A model generated the notes under the pieces. That model did no database searches. It was not told the DNA's origin and was given only the letters and a program-made list of their open reading frames with translations. 64,000 nucleotides of DNA from assembly GCA_021802585.1 (NCBI GenBank), contig JAJZRQ010000005.1:761-64760 (forward strand). The letters run 5' to 3'. Of the stretch, positions 37,686-44,636 are shown in pieces (within the stretch, counting starts at the first letter, position 1; each line of letters begins with the position of its first letter). Source of the DNA: Chloroflexota bacterium (lineage in GTDB: Bacteria; Chloroflexota; Limnocylindria; Limnocylindrales; CSP1-4). Both the position numbers and the translations under genes were made by a program.

Positions 37686-38376
37686 CCGGATCGTCCTCGT
37701 CGGCTGCGGCGGGATCGGGAGCCAGTTGCTCCCGCCGCTCGTCCGCTACCTCGCGAACCGGCCCGAACCGCGCTCGCTCCTGGTCCTCGTCGACGGCGAC
37801 GTCTTCGAGCCCGGGAACCGATCGCGACAGGCCTGCTCGACCAGCGATCTGGGCTCGAACAAGGCCGAGGCCCTGGCCCGGGTCGCACGAGACGATGGGC
37901 TCGCCGTCCAGGCCATCCCCGAGTTCCTCGACGAGACCAACGTCCGGTCGATCGTCCGCGAGGGAGACATCGTCCTCCTCGCGGTCGACAACCACCGGGC
38001 GCGGGCCCTCGTCGATCGACATCTCGGATCGCTCGACGACGCGACGCTCATCAGCGGCGGCAACGACGAGACGGACGGCAACGTCCAGCTCGTCCGCCGC
38101 CGTGACGGCTGGTCCGTGGACGGCCATCTGACCGAGATCCACCCGGAGATCGGCATGGCCACTGTAGAGGAACCGCGCGGCGACGGCTGCCAGGCAATGG
38201 CGGCCGAACATCCGCAGCTCCTCGTGACGAACCTGATGGTCGCCAGCGCGATGCTCAGCTGCCTCTGGCAGATCAGTGAGCGCGGCAGCGTCCCCTACAG
38301 CGAGGTCTACCTCGACGCCATCCAGAACGCGGCCCGCAGCCGCTCCTGGTTCCGCGTCCCGGCCGGCGCGCAGTAG
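37678..38376 (+). CDS. ThiF/MoeB-type E1-like adenylyltransferase, cassette 1
   Basis: VGCGGIGS nucleotide loop, DGDVFEPGNRSRQ, GSNKAEA and AVDNHRAR are the canonical E1 adenylation-site residues. Confidence 0.85.
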   Translation: MADRIVLVGCGGIGSQLLPPLVRYLANRPEPRSLLVLVDGDVFEPGNRSRQACSTSDLGSNKAEALARVARDDGLAVQAIPEFLDETNVRSIVREGDIVLLAVDNHRARALVDRHLGSLDDATLISGGNDETDGNVQLVRRRDGWSVDGHLTEIHPEIGMATVEEPRGDGCQAMAAEHPQLLVTNLMVASAMLSCLWQISERGSVPYSEVYLDAIQNAARSRSWFRVPAGAQ

Positions 38377-38454
38377 GGAGTGTGGACCCACAGGTGCACA
38401 ACCCGGCCGAGGCGGCGCCCACCGGCGTCCCTCGGCCGAACGATCTCAGGCGGC

Positions 38455-38486
38455 TTTGTTACAGGACTTGAAACAATTGTCACAAA
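38455..38486. promoter_or_regulatory. AT-rich inverted repeat ahead of the ATPase gene
   Basis: TTTGTTACA-14 nt-TGTCACAAA (8/9 complementary), in a locally AT-rich patch. Confidence 0.3.
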
Positions 38487-39619
38487 CGCGATCGACGAAC
38501 CCGTTCCGACCTGGTAGCGGGATCCTCCCGCCGCTCTTGGCTGGGCGCGAGCGCGAGACGGCTGCCTTCGAGGCGCGCGTTGCGCGGACCCGCGAGGGCC
38601 AGCCGCAGCACACGGCGCTGCTCGGCGAATGGGCGATCGGCAAGACGACGCTCCTGATGCACTGGCGACGCCTGCGACAGCAGGCTGGCGACGCCGTCGT
38701 CCTTTCGATGGCATACCCGCAGTCGGCGGACGAGTTCCTCGCCGGTCTCGTCACGGCGATCGATGCCGAACTTGGGACGGACTGGCCGCGGCGTCTCGAC
38801 GTGGAGCTGGGCGTCGATATCGGAATCGCCGACGCTCGGTTCCGCCGGACCGCCCCGAACTCCGAGAGGGAGTTGCGCGCGGCATTGCGACGACTCGTCG
38901 AGCACCGCGCGGACGAGGACCGGTCCGTGGTCGTCTTGCTCGATGACGTCGACCTGCTGCGTGAGACCGGGGACGTGCTCCTGCGCCTGCGCGCCTGTGC
39001 CCTCGAGCTCTACGCGGCCGACCTGCCGCTCGCATTCATCGTGGCGGCGTCCCCAGGCCTGTTCACGGAGGTGCGATCGGCTCACGAGCCGCTGGTCCGG
39101 TTCTTCGAGCCGCTGACTGTCGGTCCGCTCGATGACTCGGACGCCGCGCGAGCCCTGGCCGAACCGCTCGCGGAAACAACCGTTCGATTCGACCCCGACG
39201 TGGTCGCCGAGATCGTGGACCTCGCCGGCGGACGACCCTACTACCTTCAGAAGCTCGGCTACTACACGTTTGACGCCGCGGGCAACGGGCGGGTCACACA
39301 GGCCGAGTTCGCGGTCGCCTTCGAGCGAGCGTTTGCCTCCGTAAGCCAGGAGATCTTCGCCGCTCGCTGGGCCGGTATGTCCCCGATCGACCGCCAGGTT
39401 GTGGCCGTCGTCGCCCGCAGCACCGAGCCGCGCCCCTCGGGCGACATCGAAGCCGAGGCGGCGCGACGCGGAGTGAGGCCGGGAGCCGCCCGGCAATCGC
39501 TGCGCCGTCTTGCGTCGAAGGGCCAGATCGACCGGCTCGCCAACGGGCACCGCGGCCGTTACGAGGTTCGGGATCGGCTCTTCAAGCGGTACCTGGAACT
39601 GCAGACATGCGAGCCGTAG
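38468..39619 (+). CDS. AAA/ORC-like (archaeal-ATPase-type) ATP-binding protein with C-terminal wHTH
   Basis: NPFRPGSGILPPLLAGRERE, Walker A GEWAIGKTT, Walker B VVVLLDDVD, C-terminal LRRLASKGQIDRL. Start TTG 38468 or 38477 (uncertain). Confidence 0.75.
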   Translation: MKQLSQTRSTNPFRPGSGILPPLLAGRERETAAFEARVARTREGQPQHTALLGEWAIGKTTLLMHWRRLRQQAGDAVVLSMAYPQSADEFLAGLVTAIDAELGTDWPRRLDVELGVDIGIADARFRRTAPNSERELRAALRRLVEHRADEDRSVVVLLDDVDLLRETGDVLLRLRACALELYAADLPLAFIVAASPGLFTEVRSAHEPLVRFFEPLTVGPLDDSDAARALAEPLAETTVRFDPDVVAEIVDLAGGRPYYLQKLGYYTFDAAGNGRVTQAEFAVAFERAFASVSQEIFAARWAGMSPIDRQVVAVVARSTEPRPSGDIEAEAARRGVRPGAARQSLRRLASKGQIDRLANGHRGRYEVRDRLFKRYLELQTCEP

Positions 39620-40557
39620 CCGTCGCAAGCGCTGTTCCCAGACTCGACGAGTTCGCGCTTGCCGACGTCATCTCCGAGTACCTCTCCGCCTTGAAGGTCG
39701 CCGGCAGGAGCCCGAAGACGATCAGTTGGTATGCCGACATGCTCTGGGAGTTCGTCCGGTTCATCGAGCGTGAGGGGGTTCGGGCGACGGTCGCGGACGT
39801 CGCCCCCGTCGAGGTGCGGCGCTGGCTGCTGGCAATCCAATCACGACGAACGCGAAGCCTTGCCCCAAGCAGCATGGCCGCCCGCGTCCGGACCGTGAAG
39901 GCGTTTGGGACCTGGATCGCGAACGAGCTTGATCTGCCGGCGAACCCGGTTCGGGGTGTGCCGGTTCCTCGTGTCCCCGAACTTCTCGTTCCTAGCCTTC
40001 GGGAACCCGACATCCTTGCCCTTCTAAGAACCCTCGATGCAGGTTCTCAGCAGCCCGAGCGCGACCGGGCGATCGTCCTGCTGCTGCTCGATACGGGTCT
40101 GCGCCTGAGTGAGGCCGCCAACCTTCGAATTCGCGACGTCGACCTCATCGAGGGTCGGTGCCGCGTGATGGGAAAGGGCGGACGAGAGCGCGTAGTGCCA
40201 GTTGGCCGAAAGACCCGTCGCGCTCTCCGTCATTGTCTCGCGCGCCGGGGAAGGCTCCTGCCCGACGAGGCTCTGTTCATCGGCCGCGGTGGTCGGGCGC
40301 TCGCTCCCCGCGGCATTCAGCAGCTCGTCCGCCGACTGAGCCGCCGCACCACGCTCGCGTCGCGATGCTCACCTCACGTCCTTCGCCATACCTTTGCCCG
40401 ATCGTTTCTTGCGAACGGTGGCGACGTGTTCTCGCTTCAGCGAATCCTCGGCCACAGCCCATCGTCCCTTCAGGTCACTCGTCGGTACGTCGACCTGCTC
40501 GATGACGACCTCCGCGCGGTACACCGTGAGGCCTCACCGGTCGACCGTCTGGGCTAG
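39607..40557 (+). CDS. Tyrosine recombinase/integrase (XerC/D-like), Int-1
   Basis: LLLLDTGLRLSEA (Arg), HVLRHTFA (H-x-x-R), LGHS...TRRY (His, Tyr). The ATG overlaps the ATPase gene end by 13 nt. Confidence 0.9.
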   Translation: MRAVAVASAVPRLDEFALADVISEYLSALKVAGRSPKTISWYADMLWEFVRFIEREGVRATVADVAPVEVRRWLLAIQSRRTRSLAPSSMAARVRTVKAFGTWIANELDLPANPVRGVPVPRVPELLVPSLREPDILALLRTLDAGSQQPERDRAIVLLLLDTGLRLSEAANLRIRDVDLIEGRCRVMGKGGRERVVPVGRKTRRALRHCLARRGRLLPDEALFIGRGGRALAPRGIQQLVRRLSRRTTLASRCSPHVLRHTFARSFLANGGDVFSLQRILGHSPSSLQVTRRYVDLLDDDLRAVHREASPVDRLG

Positions 40558-40561
40558 CTCC

Positions 40562-40579
40562 AGGCGGATTGGCCCGCGA
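40562..40579. repeat. Degenerate copy of the tRNA-Gln 3-prime end plus flank (att-like)
   Basis: AGGCGGA-TTGGCCCGCGA compared with AGGCGGAGTTGGCTGGCGA at 46532-46550; same orientation, 16 identical positions. Confidence 0.4.
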
Positions 40580-40600
40580 CGCTCGCGCTGAGCCACCGTG

Positions 40601-41464
40601 TCAGCCGCTTGGGTCCCAGAACAAGATCAGAACCTGGTAGGTCGTATTCACCAGTTCATATTTCACAACGCGGCGCTTGCCCGCTAGATCGATACGAAGT
40701 TCCTCGCCACCGACGACCACTGCGGGTTTGGTCAGATCGGCGGCTGAACGAAGCCAGGTCTCGGGCGGGTCGGCAATCACCACAGGCACCTTCGGCGGCC
40801 CGAATCGCTCAATCCATGACGGCGACGCGGTGACCTCATTGCGGCGGTAACGAAGGGGTTCGCGACTCAGCGGCGATGGTTCCAGCGCGATCGCAAGCAC
40901 GGGGCGATGATGAGTCCGTGCAAATGCCCGCAATGTTGCACGGATTGACGCCCCAAAGAGACCCGCGATGGTCACGACCGAGGCCATCTCCAATCGGTGC
41001 TGCGCGGCGATGCGACGGATGAAGTCGTGTTGGAACAGCAGAAGCGAGGCGCCCTCATTGGCCTCCCGTTCAAACAAACGCCGGGTCGCCGGCGAGAGAT
41101 CGACGTCGTCGTCGACTACGACGAGATCCGTCTGCCATGGCGCGATGTGATGGACGACTTCATGAAGTCGATTGAAATTTCGTCGCCCGTGGATCGCGAT
41201 GGCGGGGTCGAGGTGAATCTCGCGTTCGCGGCGATCGAGCAACGCACGGATCTTGAAGCGAAAGGGAGCGATCGCCGCGCGAAGGTACTGCGGTGCGCGC
41301 GAGAGGACGGAATCGGAGAGGACTGACTCGCTGGCCTCCCGCAGGTTGCCGGCGGCCACGATGTCGTCGATAGGGGTCGGCAATCGTCCGAGCGCGCCAG
41401 CATCCAGGAGGAGCCGGTGGGTCAACCGGCTAATCTCGTCGGGATGCTCGGCATCGCCGGTCAT
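40601..41464 (-). CDS. ImmA/IrrE-family zinc metallopeptidase
   Basis: HEVVHH (HExxH) followed by FEREANEGASLLLF, as in ImmA/IrrE/CapP peptidases. Starts 2 nt after the stop of the XRE gene. Confidence 0.7.
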   Translation of the reverse strand: MTGDAEHPDEISRLTHRLLLDAGALGRLPTPIDDIVAAGNLREASESVLSDSVLSRAPQYLRAAIAPFRFKIRALLDRREREIHLDPAIAIHGRRNFNRLHEVVHHIAPWQTDLVVVDDDVDLSPATRRLFEREANEGASLLLFQHDFIRRIAAQHRLEMASVVTIAGLFGASIRATLRAFARTHHRPVLAIALEPSPLSREPLRYRRNEVTASPSWIERFGPPKVPVVIADPPETWLRSAADLTKPAVVVGGEELRIDLAGKRRVVKYELVNTTYQVLILFWDPSG

Positions 41465-41466
41465 CC

Positions 41467-41817
41467 TCAGCCCTCGCGGCTGCGCTCGTGCCGATACCAG
41501 GACAGGTATCGGGCCAGCTCTTCCACCTCTGCCGCCGAGAGATCCTCTGCATTCAGGGCATGAGCAAGGATATTCACGGAGGCGTCGCCTCGACCCGCTC
41601 GAGGGACGACATGGCCGGCAAGCTCCATTAGGTCTCGATACGGAATGGCCAGTGCTGCCGCCAGGCGATGTAGGACCGCCGGCGACGGTTGCTTGACCTC
41701 GCCTCGTTCGATCTTCTGAAGATATGGCGGACTGATGCCCGCCTTCGCAGCCGTGCCGCGGAGGGAAAACTCCTTCAGTTCACGGACTTCGCGCAGGCGT
41801 CGTCCGAGATCACCCAT
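41467..41817 (-). CDS. XRE-family HTH transcriptional regulator
   Basis: LRGTAAKAGISPPYLQKIERGEVKQPSPAVLHRLAAAL. ATG 41817 follows AAGGAGGA. Only the last 116 aa of ORF 41467..42198 are real. Confidence 0.85.
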   Translation of the reverse strand: MGDLGRRLREVRELKEFSLRGTAAKAGISPPYLQKIERGEVKQPSPAVLHRLAAALAIPYRDLMELAGHVVPRAGRGDASVNILAHALNAEDLSAAEVEELARYLSWYRHERSREG

Positions 41818-41862
41818 CGAATCCTCCTTCTCGTTCACCGACGGCGTGACTGTACACTCCAG

Positions 41863-41892
41863 TTGACATCTTCGCAACCTCTCAGCTAGCAT
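41863..41892 (+). promoter_or_regulatory. Sigma-70-like promoter of the Ubl-2 operon
   Basis: TTGACA (41863-41868), 18 nt, then TAGCAT (41887-41892), in the 108-bp divergent region between the XRE gene and Ubl-2. Confidence 0.4.
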
Positions 41893-41925
41893 GGGCCGCG
41901 TAACCCGTAGTGAACGGAGGATCCA

Positions 41926-42207
41926 GTGGTGAACGAACAGGACAAGGTCAGGGACAGCATCAAGGTAACGGTCACTTTCCCCCTCGGCGAGGGGCCCTAC
42001 CACGATGACGTGCCACCGGACACGACGGTCGGCGATGTCCGATCGGCAGCCATGCGCGGCTTCGGCGTGACTGAGGATCCGGCATTGCTCTTCTACCTCA
42101 TTCACGCCGGCGACAGGATCGACGACGGTCGGACGATCGGCGACGTGGCCGGCCACGCGGCAGCCGTCAAGTTCACCCTCGCCCGCGAGATCATTCAAGG
42201 GGCCTGA
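41926..42207 (+). CDS. Ubiquitin-like beta-grasp protein, Ubl-2
   Basis: 93 aa. IKVTVTFPLG...TTVGDVRSAAMRGFGV...YLIHAGDRIDDGRTIGDV...VKFTLAREIIQGA fits the alternating beta/alpha pattern of prokaryotic Ubl domains. GTG follows GGAGGA. Confidence 0.55.
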   Translation: MVNEQDKVRDSIKVTVTFPLGEGPYHDDVPPDTTVGDVRSAAMRGFGVTEDPALLFYLIHAGDRIDDGRTIGDVAGHAAAVKFTLAREIIQGA

Positions 42208-42644
42208 TGGATATCGAGAGCCAGCTGCGCCTCGACGAGGACGTTGAGGCGGTCGCCTTCTACCTTGACGAGAATGGCGGTCGCCTCGACGCCGATCCGG
42301 CTGGCGAGGCCGGCGTTTGGTGGGCCACGATGCGGCCCCGCACTATCCCCGAGGAGCAGTACTACGTTCGGATCGGCTGGCTCCGATACCCGGACGCGCC
42401 TCCCTCGGTCAAGTTCGGAACCGCCGTCGGCGGTTCACTTGGCATCACGGCCGCGTGGCCCGTCGTGCCGAGCTATCGGCCAGGCAATTTCGATATCTGC
42501 GCTCCGTTCACAAAAGAGGGGTTCGAATCGCATCCGGAGTGGGCCGCCCAGTTCCCGTGGCCCACGACCGGCAACCCTTTTCTGTGGATCGTGGACATCG
42601 TCCAGGGGCACCTTGACCGCTCGTACCAGGGGCGATCGGGATGA
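42207..42644 (+). CDS. UBC-like E2 (Ubl-conjugating enzyme)
   Basis: YPDAPPSVKF mirrors the E2 YPxxPPxVxF motif. A candidate catalytic Cys sits in NFDICAPF about 35 aa later. TGATG overlap with Ubl-2. Confidence 0.65.
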   Translation: MDIESQLRLDEDVEAVAFYLDENGGRLDADPAGEAGVWWATMRPRTIPEEQYYVRIGWLRYPDAPPSVKFGTAVGGSLGITAAWPVVPSYRPGNFDICAPFTKEGFESHPEWAAQFPWPTTGNPFLWIVDIVQGHLDRSYQGRSG

Positions 42645-43126
42645 CCGGTCTCGAACTACCGGCGGCTGCGCTGGCGCGCCTGCTCGCCGATGTCGTTCGG
42701 TTTGGTGACAACGGCCTCGAGACGGGTGCGGTGCTGCTCTCGTCCCGTCGTGACAGTCATGCCGATGTCCTAGCACTGTGCGGCGAGCACGGAATTGAGC
42801 GCCGTCCCGACCAGTTCGTAATAAGTGGCGCCGCCCTCGCCCAACTGTTCGACTGGGCAGACGAGGCAGGGGCCCGGGTTATCGCTCAGGTGCATTCGCA
42901 TGGCGGACTCGCGCGGATGTCCCCAACGGACCGACGGTTCGGGCTCACCGTCGAGGGCTTCACGAGCGCCATCGTCCCGCACTTCGGTCGACCGCCAAAT
43001 GATCCGGCGGCATGGGGATGGTGGCGGTTTCAGGACCAGGTCTGGGTGCCCTCCGACCCTGGATCAGCTGTAGCGGCCCCGAGCCGGACGGTCATCTTCG
43101 ACGAGGAGGGAGTTCGTGCCGGCTGA
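42641..43126 (+). CDS. JAB/MPN (JAMM) metalloprotease, cassette 2
   Basis: ETGAVLL Glu and HSHGGLARMSPTD (JAMM with one residue less in the spacer). ATGA overlap with E2. Confidence 0.75.
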   Translation: MTGLELPAAALARLLADVVRFGDNGLETGAVLLSSRRDSHADVLALCGEHGIERRPDQFVISGAALAQLFDWADEAGARVIAQVHSHGGLARMSPTDRRFGLTVEGFTSAIVPHFGRPPNDPAAWGWWRFQDQVWVPSDPGSAVAAPSRTVIFDEEGVRAG

Positions 43127-44630
43127 TCACTCCCGCGCGCTTCTCCTCGGGCAGAACGTGACCGACCAGCCGCAGAGCGAGCTCGCTCAGCGACTCGAGG
43201 GCGCGAGCGTTTCGATCGACATCGACCTCGGCATTCCCGGTGCTGTCTTGACCGCGTCGATCCTCGTTCGGACCCTCCGGCGCCTCCCTGGGCGCATTTC
43301 GATCGACCCCGATGAACTGCCCACCTCGCTGGTCGAGCGGCTCCGCGTCGAGGCCGAGGCCATCGATCCGGATCGACCCATCGCCGTTGGCCGGCCTCGG
43401 GCTGGTGACACGATCATCCGAATCGGCACCACGGGGCCGCCCGGGTCATTGCGCGTCATCCCAGATCTGCACGGCTTCCGCCTCTCGTGGGCGAGCAACT
43501 CCCTTCAACAGGGGAAACCTGCTTCCGCTCTGGGATCGGCCGCGGCTGCTGCTGCTGCCGCCGCCGAGACCTTCAAGGTGGCGGCCCGCGTAATCGGAGT
43601 TCGGGGCCGTCGCCATCGCCGTCTGGCATGGTGCCCGGTCACACTTTCCCATCGGCCCGCTCAAGGCCCGGATCTTCCGCGCGACTGGCAGTTGGACGGC
43701 CTCCTCCTCGGGCTGGGGGCGATCGGGTCGGCAACCGCGCTGATCCTCTCCGAGCTGCCGGTTGAGGGGTCGCTCGACCTCGTCGACCCGCAACGGTTCG
43801 CACCCGAGAACGTCGGGACGTATTCGCTCGGCGGTGCCAAGGAGGCTCTCGATCAGCCGTGGAAGACCTCCGTGGCCGCGAGCGCCCTGAGACGATTCGA
43901 GACGAGGAGCTGGAATGCGGTCGCGGCGTATCTGCCCGAACTCATCGACGCAGGCCGACTCCGGTGGCCCCCGATCGTCCTAACAGGACTCGACTCGCCT
44001 GACGCACGCCGCGACTCCCAACGTCTTTGGCCGGATCACCTAATCGATGGAGCCACAGGCGACACGATGGTCGGCCTTCATGCGATTACCGCTGTCGGCC
44101 GGCCTTGCCTCGCATGCTTCTTCCCGCCGACGGCGACGCCCACGGTCTCGCCCACGCGGGAGCTGGAGCGTGCGACGGGATTGCCGACGGAGTTACTTGT
44201 GCGAGGCGCGGAGATCCTGCTCGAGGCGCATCTCGAAGGTCTCTCGGTGGCGCACCAGGAGCGTCTGCGCCCCTTTGTCGGCAGGGAGATCTGCGGGCTT
44301 GCGAGTGCGCTTGGGCTGACGGAGCTGCCCGACGAGGGATACCGACCATCGGTCGCCTTTGTGTCGCTGACCGCCGCGACTCTCGTCGTCGGGCGGCTGG
44401 TCGCGATCGCTGCGGGCTGGCGGACTGCATCCAACTTCGTGCAGTACGACACGCTCGCCGGCCCGCGCCAGCCGACGCGCGAGTGGCGGACCGCGCGGCC
44501 CGCATGCGATTGCGTGCAGCGCGCAGGCGTCGTCGCGGAAGTGAGACGCCGCCGGGCTGCGTATCGGTTTGTCGACCGACCGCCGTCGATCGGCCATGAT
44601 CGGATGACGCCAGCGTCGAACGAGGCTTGA
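43116..44630 (+). CDS. E1-like Ubl-activating enzyme (long form with N-terminal extra domain)
   Basis: C-terminal half: GLGAIGS loop, PWKTSVAA Lys, GLDSPDARR Asp, Zn pairs CLAC and CDC. About 200-aa N-terminal domain without a nucleotide loop. Confidence 0.75.
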   Translation: MPADHSRALLLGQNVTDQPQSELAQRLEGASVSIDIDLGIPGAVLTASILVRTLRRLPGRISIDPDELPTSLVERLRVEAEAIDPDRPIAVGRPRAGDTIIRIGTTGPPGSLRVIPDLHGFRLSWASNSLQQGKPASALGSAAAAAAAAAETFKVAARVIGVRGRRHRRLAWCPVTLSHRPAQGPDLPRDWQLDGLLLGLGAIGSATALILSELPVEGSLDLVDPQRFAPENVGTYSLGGAKEALDQPWKTSVAASALRRFETRSWNAVAAYLPELIDAGRLRWPPIVLTGLDSPDARRDSQRLWPDHLIDGATGDTMVGLHAITAVGRPCLACFFPPTATPTVSPTRELERATGLPTELLVRGAEILLEAHLEGLSVAHQERLRPFVGREICGLASALGLTELPDEGYRPSVAFVSLTAATLVVGRLVAIAAGWRTASNFVQYDTLAGPRQPTREWRTARPACDCVQRAGVVAEVRRRRAAYRFVDRPPSIGHDRMTPASNEA

Positions 44631-44636
44631 TCGAGG

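Larger units (their letters stand above)
34830..40561. mobile_element. Island segment A (Ubl cassette 1, ATPase, tyrosine recombinase)
   Basis: Starts in an AT-richer non-coding patch after the YnfA remnant. Ends at a degenerate copy of the tRNA-Gln 3-prime end (40562-40579), just after the integrase. The left border is only tentative. Confidence 0.4.
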
